A stretch of 38,341 nucleotides of DNA from positions 1-38,341 of the forward strand of contig SXJQ01000087.1 in assembly GCA_005779345.1 (NCBI GenBank), given 5' to 3'. Numbering within the stretch: the first letter of the stretch is position 1; the number at the start of each line of letters is the position of its first letter. The position numbers were made by a program, and so were the translations under genes. The stretch comes from Actinomycetota bacterium (GTDB lineage Bacteria; Actinomycetota; Acidimicrobiia; IMCC26256; PALSA-610). The notes beneath the pieces were generated by a model that worked only from the letters and a program-made list of their open reading frames with translations, was not told where the DNA came from and searched no databases. Of the stretch, positions 30,918-38,341 are shown one piece after another.

Positions 30918-32116
30918 GCGTCGCGACCCCGGCCCCCTCATCGGTTCGTCCGCACTACGCGGGGTTCGAGGGGTTGCGCACCATCGGCATGACCGCCGTG
31001 TTCTTCGCCCACCTCGGCTTCATCACCGGGGTCACGCTCGGGCGCGACTGGGCGGCACCGCTCGGTCACCTCGAGTTCTCGGTCGCGATCTTCTTCATCG
31101 TCTCGGCGTTCTTGCTGTATCGCCCGTTCGCGCTCGCGCATCTCCGCGGCGCACCGGTGCCCGACCTCGGGCTGTTCGTGTGGCGGCGGATGTTCCGGAT
31201 CTTCCCGGCATACTGGGCGACGCTCGCCGTGATGCTCGTGTTCCTCGGCGTCGACTCCGGTGGGGCCGGCCACCTCGCCCGGCTGTTCACCCTCACTCAT
31301 GTGTACACCGAGTGGGGGTTCACCGCGATCGACGTGCTCGTGCCGACGTGGACACTCGCCGCCGAGTTGATCTTCTACTTCTTCATGATCGCTGCCGCGG
31401 TCGCGCTCCGGCGGTTCGCGGCACGCGCGACCACCGCCGCGGAGCGACTTGCCGCGGAGCTGTGGCTCGCCGCGGGGGCGTTCGGGTTCGCGATGGCATG
31501 GCGGGCGTTCGTCTACTTCGCCGATGTCGTGCCCCACGTGGCCGAGCACTGGTTCCCCGGGACACTCGATGTCTTCGCCACGGGCATGGCGTTGGCCGCG
31601 GTCAGCGCGTTCCGGGAGTTGAGCGGTGAGGCGCACCCGGTCGTCGATCGCGTCGAGCAGATCGCGCGGCGGGGGAGTTGGAGTGCAGTCGGCGCGTTCG
31701 CTTGCTTCATGGCCGTCCCGGTGTTCCTCGACGTCGACCGGTTCATCGAGCTCGAACCCGACTGGCAGGTATTCGTCCGCAACTTGTTGCTCCTCGCTTC
31801 GGCGGCGCTGCTCGTGGTGCCGATCGTGCTCGGCGGCAACGACCGCGGCTGGTACCGGCGGTTCCTCGAGGTGAAGCCGATCGCCTATCTCGGCCTGACC
31901 TCGTACGGGCTCTATCTCTGGCACGATTTCTGGCTCAAGAAGGCGACGTTCGAGTGGATCGAGATCCACAACCTCGAGACGAAGTTCGCGATCATCGGTG
32001 TCATTGCCTTCGCGCTCGCCGCGCTGTGCGGCACGGCCAGCTTCCGCCTCGTCGAGCAGCCCGCCCAACAACTCGGGACCCGCCTGCGGGCGCGCCTGTT
32101 CCGGCAATCGCTGTGA
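30914..32116 (+). CDS. Acyl_transf_3 (AT3) family membrane acyltransferase
   Basis: ORF 28931..32116 trimmed to ATG 30914 (ATGA overlap 30914-30917). Motifs: GFEGLRTIGMTAVFFAH, FFIVSAFLLYRPF, RMFRIFPAYW, LTSYGLYLWHD. Confidence 0.85.
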   Translation: MSVATPAPSSVRPHYAGFEGLRTIGMTAVFFAHLGFITGVTLGRDWAAPLGHLEFSVAIFFIVSAFLLYRPFALAHLRGAPVPDLGLFVWRRMFRIFPAYWATLAVMLVFLGVDSGGAGHLARLFTLTHVYTEWGFTAIDVLVPTWTLAAELIFYFFMIAAAVALRRFAARATTAAERLAAELWLAAGAFGFAMAWRAFVYFADVVPHVAEHWFPGTLDVFATGMALAAVSAFRELSGEAHPVVDRVEQIARRGSWSAVGAFACFMAVPVFLDVDRFIELEPDWQVFVRNLLLLASAALLVVPIVLGGNDRGWYRRFLEVKPIAYLGLTSYGLYLWHDFWLKKATFEWIEIHNLETKFAIIGVIAFALAALCGTASFRLVEQPAQQLGTRLRARLFRQSL

Positions 32117-32117
32117 C

Positions 32118-33605
32118 TCAGTACCAGTAGAGGCCGATGCGGAGGGCCGCGAACGCGGCGAGCGCCGACACCGTCGCGATCGCCAGGCCGGTCGTCGCGG
32201 ATCGTGTCGACGGGACACTTCCGACATCGGTGCTCCGGTGTGTCGACGCAAGCGCTGCGAGCCCGACGACGGGGAAGAGGTAGCGGCCCTGGAACTCGTC
32301 GATGCGCGGGGCTCCCACAGCGTTCCACCCCGTGTAGGCGAGCAGGAACACCGCGCCGGTGGTTGCGACGACCACACCCCACGTCACGAACGCATCGGAG
32401 CGAGCGACACCGCCGGGCGATCGTGCACGGCGTCGTCGATCGGGCGCGACGACGAGCACCAACGCGGCCCCGACGAGCAGCACGACCGCGACCGCGCCGG
32501 CCGACGCGAACGGTCGCCACGGCAGTTGCGCGACGGCATCGCGCGGGATCTCGACCCCGTCGCGCGCGACCGTCCGACCCATCGCGGCCACGAAATCGAG
32601 CGGGTGCGCGCGCACGAATCGGAGCGGGGCGTCGGGGTCGACGTCGTGGTAGGCGTACCCGTCGTTGGTGACGGCGGTCGGGTCGTACGGGTTCTCGAGC
32701 GGCACGTAGATCGACTGGGCGTAGCCGCTCCACGCCGCGAAGAGGATCGCGGCGGGCACGAGCACGGCCGCGAGCGCGACTCCGCCCGCCGCGCGACGGC
32801 GCAGGACCACGGGGACGAACATGACGAGCAGCAGCACGTAGGGCGGCTTCGCGAGGCCCAGCGCGGCTGCGACGATCGCGATCTCGATCAACAGGTGCCG
32901 ATCGAGGGGAGTCTCGGGGTCGGCTGCGTGCCGCGCGAGCACCACCGCGAGCAACGCGAGCGCGATCGTGAGCGAGTCGGCGGTGATCATCGCCGACTGC
33001 GCGACCGCGACCGGGGCGAGGCCGAGCACCGCGACCACCCACGCCGCGCTCCCGGCCCGGCGGACTGCGCGCCGCACCACGAGCACGTACGCGATCAGAG
33101 CACCGAGGCGAGCGAGGAGGAGCGCAGCGAAGGTCGAGAGGCCGACGATGCGTGCGAGCCCGACCCCGATGGCCGAGCCCGCATAGGGAATCGGTGAGTA
33201 CACCGCGCCGGTCGAGATCCCGAGGTTGCAGGCCGGACCGCCCGGGGCAGGGTCGTCGATCGTCCGCCAGGCGTCGGCGGCGCCCCCAGGTCCGAGGCCC
33301 GTGCGGCTCGCGTCGAGCAGGCCGCGCGCGTAGATCTCGCGCGTGTCGTCGAGCAGGTCGGCGGGGAAGGTCCCGACCACCGTCGGGCCGCGATCGGTGC
33401 CGCCGCCGCACAGTTCGACCGACCCCGTGCGCTCGTTGATCCAGTCGCCGCCCGACACCTGCCAGGCGCGAAGGACGTGCACCGGCTCGTCGGCGCCGCC
33501 GAGTTGGGGGACGGCGATCGCGAAACCGAGGCCCAGCAACGTCGCGAGCAGTGTGAACGTACCGACCGGCGATGTTGACCATGTCACGACGCGACCCGCG
33601 GGCAC
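32118..33605 (-). CDS. DUF2142-like polytopic membrane protein (putative GT-C type glycosyltransferase)
   Basis: ORF 32118..33638. The N-terminal loop motif GADEPVHVLRAWQVSGG (DE..H..RA.Q.S.G) is the pattern I associate with DUF2142. Start is GTG 33605, 8 nt after TAGTTT (plus strand 33614-19), or GTG 33638 as the longest option. Confidence 0.65.
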   Translation of the reverse strand: MPAGRVVTWSTSPVGTFTLLATLLGLGFAIAVPQLGGADEPVHVLRAWQVSGGDWINERTGSVELCGGGTDRGPTVVGTFPADLLDDTREIYARGLLDASRTGLGPGGAADAWRTIDDPAPGGPACNLGISTGAVYSPIPYAGSAIGVGLARIVGLSTFAALLLARLGALIAYVLVVRRAVRRAGSAAWVVAVLGLAPVAVAQSAMITADSLTIALALLAVVLARHAADPETPLDRHLLIEIAIVAAALGLAKPPYVLLLVMFVPVVLRRRAAGGVALAAVLVPAAILFAAWSGYAQSIYVPLENPYDPTAVTNDGYAYHDVDPDAPLRFVRAHPLDFVAAMGRTVARDGVEIPRDAVAQLPWRPFASAGAVAVVLLVGAALVLVVAPDRRRRARSPGGVARSDAFVTWGVVVATTGAVFLLAYTGWNAVGAPRIDEFQGRYLFPVVGLAALASTHRSTDVGSVPSTRSATTGLAIATVSALAAFAALRIGLYWY

Positions 33606-33613
33606 GGTGGCGA

Positions 33614-33623
33614 AAACTAGTGT
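33614..33623. promoter_or_regulatory. two overlapping divergent -10-like boxes around an ACTAGT palindrome
   Basis: This is the only AT-rich patch in the region (gaaaactagtgt). TAGTGT (33618-33623) lies 7 nt before GTG 33631 on the plus strand. TAGTTT (complement of 33614-33619) lies 8 nt before GTG 33605 on the minus strand. Both GTGs are in frame with the flanking ORFs. Confidence 0.45.
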
Positions 33624-33630
33624 CCGCCCG

Positions 33631-35175
33631 GTGAGCACCGTGGCCGTCGACGATGCGGCCGAGCCGGGCCGCGGGGCACTCGCGGCGCCCGGTAGCCCCG
33701 GTTCCTCGGGGCCGTCGCCTCGTGAACGGCTCGCGGTGCGCGTGGTGACCGGTGCGTTCCTGGTCGCGCTCTTCGCGTACGCGGGCGTGATCGTGTTCGG
33801 CGCGTCGCCGCTGCGCGGCAGCCCTGCCTGGCCCGACTACGTGCCGGGCCACGTCATGTTCGGCACGGATTCGGCCGGCTACTATCGGGCCTCGCATCAC
33901 GTGTGGTGGGAGCGGGGCTTCTTCGGTGCGCCGATGATCTACCCGCTGCTGCTCCAGGTGCTCGTTCGCAATCTCGTCGCCGTCGTACTCGTGCAGACCG
34001 CGCTGTACGGCGCCGCGTGGATCTGGCTCGCGCGGGTGTCGGCGCGGTTCGCGGCACGGCCGACGATGCGCATCCTGATCGCCGCGATCCTCTTCGCGCT
34101 CGCGCTCTCGCCGGAACTGTTGTTGTGGACGGCGTCGATCTCGACCGAGACGTTGTCGATCGCGCATGCCGTGGCGTTCCTCGCCGCGCTCGTGTCGGTG
34201 GCCGAGCAACCGACGCTCCGGCGCTGGACGGTGCTCGTCGGGCTCGTGGTGCTCGGCGCGCTGTTGCGCGACTCGAACACGGCGATCGCGCTGCTCGTGC
34301 TGCCCGCCGGTGTCGTCGCCGCGGTGCGGTTCCCCGCGTGGCGCCGCTTCGCGCTCGCCTCCGCCGTGGTCTGCACCGTCGTCGCGTTGGGCGTGTCGTC
34401 GCTCGCGAACATCGGGTCGGTGCCCTACGCGGGCGACGACTGCGACGTTCCGCCCACGAGCGACGACTGCCCGCCGCGGTGGCTGTATCCGTTGATGGAC
34501 ACGATCGTGATCCGGGTCGTGCGCGACGAGGGGTCGTACGACTGGTTCGTTGCCCGGGGCATGCCCGACGCCGCGGTGGTGAAGAAGTACACCGACGTCT
34601 ACGAACTCGACATCGGCGAGTTCAAGGAGCCGCAGTTCGACGAGTTCCGCGAGTGGATCTACTCCGAGGGGCGCACGAGCTACCTGTGGTTCCTCGTGAC
34701 GCATCCCCGTTACACGTTGTGGCGACCGGTCCTCGCCGACGAACAGATCTTCCTCCCGGGATCCGACTCGAATCTCGCGCCCGAGACCCGGCGTTCCTAC
34801 GGTGCCTACACGGGGTCGACCCCCGGCGCGATCTACGGCTGGTTCGGGGCGGCCGCGTTCTGGCGTTGGCTCGGATTGGTCGAGGTGTGGGCGCTCCTCG
34901 TGGTCCTGGCGCTGAGCGGCCTTCCCGCGACGCCGCTGCGTCGCGACGGCCGGCTGCGGCTCGCGCTCGGCGTCGGCTTCGCGGTCGGCCTGCTCCATGC
35001 GGTGGCGAACTACCACGGCGACGCCGCCGAGGTCGGGCGGCATGCGATCGCACCGAACGCTCAGCTCCGGGCGATCCTGTGGGTCACGACGTTGCTGGCG
35101 ATCGATCGGTGGTGGTCGAGGCGCCGATCTCGGCAGGTGCCGGAGGGTGACCTCGTAGCCGATCGATCAGGCTGA
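33631..35175 (+). CDS. polytopic membrane protein of unknown function with a soluble central loop
   Basis: ORF 33343..35175 trimmed to GTG 33631, 7 nt after TAGTGT (33618-33623). It has several hydrophobic segments and a Cys-containing hydrophilic segment (DDCDVPPTSDDCPPRW). I recognised no family motif. Confidence 0.55.
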   Translation: MSTVAVDDAAEPGRGALAAPGSPGSSGPSPRERLAVRVVTGAFLVALFAYAGVIVFGASPLRGSPAWPDYVPGHVMFGTDSAGYYRASHHVWWERGFFGAPMIYPLLLQVLVRNLVAVVLVQTALYGAAWIWLARVSARFAARPTMRILIAAILFALALSPELLLWTASISTETLSIAHAVAFLAALVSVAEQPTLRRWTVLVGLVVLGALLRDSNTAIALLVLPAGVVAAVRFPAWRRFALASAVVCTVVALGVSSLANIGSVPYAGDDCDVPPTSDDCPPRWLYPLMDTIVIRVVRDEGSYDWFVARGMPDAAVVKKYTDVYELDIGEFKEPQFDEFREWIYSEGRTSYLWFLVTHPRYTLWRPVLADEQIFLPGSDSNLAPETRRSYGAYTGSTPGAIYGWFGAAAFWRWLGLVEVWALLVVLALSGLPATPLRRDGRLRLALGVGFAVGLLHAVANYHGDAAEVGRHAIAPNAQLRAILWVTTLLAIDRWWSRRRSRQVPEGDLVADRSG

Positions 35176-37654
35176 TCACCGCACCGGCCGCGAGCACCGT
35201 GATCAGCGCGTCGACGGGTGCTCGGTATCGCGTGATGCCGAATGTGGTCGCGGCGGTGATCGTGATGGCGGCCGCGACCGCGAGGAACGGCAGGATCGGG
35301 ACCTTGCGACGCCGGAGCAAGAACAGCCCCACGATCGCGAACGGCAACATCGCGAAGTACTGCACGGTCGCGAGGTACGACTGCCAGTCGCCGCGCCCCT
35401 CGAGCGCGGCGTTGAACGGATGGATGTTCTGGCGGACGAACCAGAGGTCCCACATGCGCGCGACTCGGAGCGCGGCCATGCGCGGTTGCTGGCCCGGGTG
35501 GTCGCCGATGTAGTCGAGACCCCGCGCTCGCCACTCGATTTCCTTCTCGGACTCGTCGCCCGCTTGGAGCGGGCCGAAGCCTTCGGCGCAACCGACGCTC
35601 CAGTAGCCGAGGTAGGTGTCGCCCGCGCCGCCGTTGCCGTAGGTGATGTCGCAGTTCGCCACCATCAGCACGCTGCCGATGCCGTTCGACATGAGCACGG
35701 GGTGCTCGAACCGGGTGAGGTTGAACGCGAACCAGGGGGCGAGGACCAGGCCGCCGACCACGCAGGCGACCGCCGCGAATCGGACCCGCTCGCGGACCGG
35801 ATGGCTTCGCAACAAGAGCGCGAGCGGCACGACGAGGAGCGGGAACAGGGCCATTGCCTCGGCTCGGCTCAACGCGGCCATCGCAACGCCCGCGCCCATC
35901 CCCACCGCGGTCGCGAACCGCGGGTCGCGCCAGAAGCGGTAGGTCGCGAGCAGGGCCACGGCCGTCCACAGTTGGTACATGCCCTCCGACATCAACATCT
36001 CGTCGTTGATCCAGAGGTGCGCGTACGCACCTGCGAACGCGGCGGCGAGCCAACCGGCGCGCTCGTCGTCGAAGATCCGACGCGCGAGCAGGCCGAGCAG
36101 GAACACCGCGCCGGCACCGAGCAGTGTCGACGCGATGCGGTGCGTGAGTTCGCTCCGACCGATGAACTTGGAGACACCAGCGAGGTAGAGGAGGTAGTTC
36201 GGCGGGTGGCCCGCGCTCGGCGTGATGCGCCCGAAGATGTGGTACTTGCCGGGGTCGACGAACCAGAGACCATCGGCGATGTCGTTCGCTTGGGTGTGGT
36301 AGTAGTACGCGTCGCCGTTCAGCGGTACGCGGCCCCGGCTGATCACCACGTAGAAGAGTCGCCAGGCGAAGGCCGCGACCGTGATCAGGGTGAGGCCCAC
36401 GAAGAACGGTGGCCGAAAGCCGCGGCGGCTGATCGCGATCGACGGTCGTTCGAGCAGCCACCAGCTCGCCGCGCCGAGCAGCGTCGCGCCGATCGCGCTG
36501 AGCACGAAGATCTTCACGAACGTGAGGCTCTCGCCGCCGGTGAACCAATGCTGCGACAGCCAGTCGACGAACGCGTAGTGCCAGAGGTAGAAGCCGTACG
36601 ACACGAGCCCGATGAACGCGAGTGGCCGCCAGGCGAGCAGGCGCCGGATCGCTCCGCCGTCGGACGCGGTTGCGCTGGTGTCGAGCACACTCGGCCGGAT
36701 CACCGCGGGGATCACGAACAAGACCGCGATGAGCCCACCAGCGAACCGTTCGGCGACCTGTTGACGGGCCGTGATCGAGAACGGCGCGAGCGGGTCGATG
36801 CCGATCCCTTGGACGAACACGAAGAACGTGAGCGCGCCGCCGAGCCAGGGGATCCAGGGCCGTCGCGCGACGAACGCGTAGAGCGGATGCACGACGGTAC
36901 GGCGACGCGCGCCGACGTCGATCGCCGCGAGGAGCATCCCGAATCCGAACTGGCCGAGGTAGTGGGGGAGCACCCGGAGCGGCACCGCGAGCGCGTGATG
37001 GCGGCCGTACCAGACGAACAGCGGCCCGATCACGACGAGCGCGAGCGCGCCGACGATCTCGACGCGCAAGCGCGTGGTCGCGCGGACCCGAGCACCCCCG
37101 AGCGCGCGCGTCAGGAGCCGCAGCGCCCAGGCCCAGAGCGGGACGAACAGGTAGAAGCTGATCTCGACGACGAGTGTCCAGGCGTGACGCAGTCCGTAGT
37201 TGGCATTCGCATCGAGCGAGGGCACGTAGCCCTGGAACAGCAGGTAGTTGCGGATCCCGACGTCGGCGCTCGGGAGGCTCTTCGCCGCGGAGAACGCCAC
37301 GATGAGCGACAGCGCGACCCAGTAGGCCGGGTAGATGCGCCAGAACCGTTTGGAGAAGAAGCGCAACGCGTCGGGCGGTCGGGCGGCGCCGACGTGCGCG
37401 GCGACGAACGGCCGGTACACGAGGAACGCGGAGACGACGAAGAACACGGCCACGCCCATGTTGAGCTGCTGGACGGCGAGCCCGAGCGGGAACGTGAAGA
37501 TCCCGACGACGTCGATCTCGCTGCGGACCGCGCCGCTCGCGTCGCCGACGTGGGTCACGAGCACGGCCAGGGCGGCGAGGGCGCGCAGTCCGTCGAGCGC
37601 GCCGAGGCGGTCGGAGGGCGCCGCGGCCGGATCGTTCGGAGCGGTCGCCGTCAC
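35084..37654 (-). CDS. fusion protein: N-terminal AT3 acyltransferase + C-terminal ArnT/PMT-like GT-C glycosyltransferase (paralog of 22638..25088)
   Basis: ORF 35084..37897. AT3 motifs: LDGLRALAALAVLVTH, FFVVSAFLVYRPF, RFWRIYPAYW, LVSYGFYLWHY. GT-C part: LNGDAYYYH, SAGHPPNYLLY, LWINDEMLMSE, RFEHPVLMSNG, FGITRYRAPVD. Start is GTG 37654 (8 nt after TAGATT, plus strand 37663-68) or ATG 37699. Confidence 0.8.
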   Translation of the reverse strand: MTATAPNDPAAAPSDRLGALDGLRALAALAVLVTHVGDASGAVRSEIDVVGIFTFPLGLAVQQLNMGVAVFFVVSAFLVYRPFVAAHVGAARPPDALRFFSKRFWRIYPAYWVALSLIVAFSAAKSLPSADVGIRNYLLFQGYVPSLDANANYGLRHAWTLVVEISFYLFVPLWAWALRLLTRALGGARVRATTRLRVEIVGALALVVIGPLFVWYGRHHALAVPLRVLPHYLGQFGFGMLLAAIDVGARRRTVVHPLYAFVARRPWIPWLGGALTFFVFVQGIGIDPLAPFSITARQQVAERFAGGLIAVLFVIPAVIRPSVLDTSATASDGGAIRRLLAWRPLAFIGLVSYGFYLWHYAFVDWLSQHWFTGGESLTFVKIFVLSAIGATLLGAASWWLLERPSIAISRRGFRPPFFVGLTLITVAAFAWRLFYVVISRGRVPLNGDAYYYHTQANDIADGLWFVDPGKYHIFGRITPSAGHPPNYLLYLAGVSKFIGRSELTHRIASTLLGAGAVFLLGLLARRIFDDERAGWLAAAFAGAYAHLWINDEMLMSEGMYQLWTAVALLATYRFWRDPRFATAVGMGAGVAMAALSRAEAMALFPLLVVPLALLLRSHPVRERVRFAAVACVVGGLVLAPWFAFNLTRFEHPVLMSNGIGSVLMVANCDITYGNGGAGDTYLGYWSVGCAEGFGPLQAGDESEKEIEWRARGLDYIGDHPGQQPRMAALRVARMWDLWFVRQNIHPFNAALEGRGDWQSYLATVQYFAMLPFAIVGLFLLRRRKVPILPFLAVAAAITITAATTFGITRYRAPVDALITVLAAGAVISLIDRLRGHPPAPAEIGASTTTDRSPATS

Positions 37655-37662
37655 GACGGAGC

Positions 37663-37690
37663 AATCTACCGGCGACGAGGGGCGATACCC
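37663..37690. promoter_or_regulatory. back-to-back -10-like boxes between the AT3-GT-C fusion gene and the GT2 gene
   Basis: TAGATT (complement of 37663-37668) lies 8 nt before GTG 37654 on the minus strand. TACCCT (37685-37690) lies 7 nt before ATG 37698 on the plus strand. Confidence 0.35.
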
Positions 37691-37697
37691 TGACCTC

Positions 37698-38341
37698 ATG
37701 GCGGCGCCGACGACGAGGTCCGACACGCTCGTCGTGATCCCCGCGTACAACGAGGAGGCGGCGCTGCCCGCGACACTCGCCGAACTCCACGGCGTGCGCC
37801 CCGACCTCGACGTCCTCGTCGTCTCCGACGGTTCCCGCGACGCGACGGCGGCCGTCGCCCGGACGGCGAGCGTCGCGGTGGTGGAGTTGCCGTTCAACCT
37901 CGGGATCGGCGGCGCGCTCCAAACCGGATTCCGCTACGCGGTGCGCCACGGCTACCGGCGTGCGGTGCAGTTCGATGCCGACGGCCAACACGACCCGAAC
38001 GCGATCGGCGCCCTGCTCGACTCGCTCGACGCCGGCGCGGATCTGGTGATCGGCACCCGCTTCGGCGAGGGTGGCACGGTCGAGTATCGGGTCGGGCCGT
38101 TGCGACGCTCGGCGATGCACGTGCTGCGCCTCTCCATCAACGCGCTCACCCACCAGCGCTTCTCCGACACGTCGTCGGGGTTCCGCGCGTTCAGCGCCCC
38201 GATGCTCGACCAGTTCGCGGCGACCTACCCCGTCGAGTTCATGGACTCGACCGAGGCGTTGCTCCAGGCGTGCAACGCCGGTTTCACGGTGGTCGAGGTG
38301 CCCGTCGCCATCCGCGAGCGCCAGGCGGGCGTGCCGAGCAC
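37698..38341 (+). CDS. GT2 family glycosyltransferase (DPM1/GtrB-like polyprenol-phosphate sugar synthase type), 3' end outside the window
   Basis: This ORF is not in the ORF track because it runs off the window. My translation from ATG 37698 is MAAPTTRSDTLVVIPAYNEEAALPATL..LVVSDGSRD..VQFDADGQHDP..SGFRAF, which has the classic GT-A/GT2 N-terminal motifs. A TACCCT box lies at 37685-37690, 7 nt upstream. Confidence 0.8.
   Translation, partial: MAAPTTRSDTLVVIPAYNEEAALPATLAELHGVRPDLDVLVVSDGSRDATAAVARTASVAVVELPFNLGIGGALQTGFRYAVRHGYRRAVQFDADGQHDPNAIGALLDSLDAGADLVIGTRFGEGGTVEYRVGPLRRSAMHVLRLSINALTHQRFSDTSSGFRAFSAPMLDQFAATYPVEFMDSTEALLQACNAGFTVVEVPVAIRERQAGVPS

Noticed and set aside
31912-38153. 1043-aa (31912..35043) and 1030-aa (35061..38153) minus-strand ORFs
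   Set aside because: Both are Arg-rich, low-complexity frames that overlap better-supported genes (DUF2142-like, the membrane protein, the AT3::GT-C fusion). The real minus-strand gene in 35084-37654 is in a different frame (ORF 35084..37897).
1-38341. Mobile elements, prophage, genomic-island boundaries, CRISPR arrays, rRNA/tRNA genes
   Set aside because: I saw no transposase, integrase or phage-like ORFs, no direct repeats flanking a block, no spaced repeat arrays, and no obvious compositional break apart from tiny AT-rich promoter patches.

Overview
Very GC-rich (by eye about 70%) actinobacterial-type chromosomal DNA. I saw no rRNA, tRNA, CRISPR array, transposase or integrase. The ORF track renders GTG and TTG starts as M, and most long Arg/Pro/Gly-rich ORFs are antisense or out-of-frame shadows, so I trimmed starts by hand. 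Left part (1-15.4 kb): the 3' portion of a GGDEF-EAL c-di-GMP gene, followed by a catabolic gene set. That set holds two divergent acyl-CoA dehydrogenases, an alpha/beta hydrolase, a HyuA/HyuB-type ATP-dependent hydantoinase/oxoprolinase pair and an acyl-CoA ligase. It also holds a pol-beta nucleotidyltransferase, a stand-alone PilZ protein, a D-aminoacylase-like amidohydrolase, a Zn alcohol dehydrogenase, a VOC protein and a luciferase-like oxidoreductase. Three divergent promoter regions in this part share a palindrome, TGACA-N4-TGTCA (four copies), which looks like the operator of one regulator that is not encoded in the window. Right part (15.4-38.3 kb): a dense cell-envelope locus made almost entirely of polytopic membrane enzymes. 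It has at least five GT-C type glycosyltransferase modules (PMT_2/ArnT-like, PIG-V-like, DUF2142) and two GT2 polyprenol-phosphate-sugar-synthase-like genes, one of them fused to a SAM methyltransferase. It also has a UGM/amine-oxidase-like flavoprotein, a lipoprotein, and six Acyl_transf_3 (AT3) domains. The AT3 domains occur as two single genes, one AT3-AT3 tandem ORF, and two paralogous AT3::GT-C fusion genes in inverted orientation. I read this as a candidate undescribed extracytoplasmic glycan assembly and multi-acylation system. Many operon-leading genes have a TAnnnT box 7-9 nt upstream of the start codon, which fits leaderless transcripts, and gene junctions are often 4-nt ATGA/GTGA overlaps. 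All functional calls come from motif recognition by eye; no searches were run.
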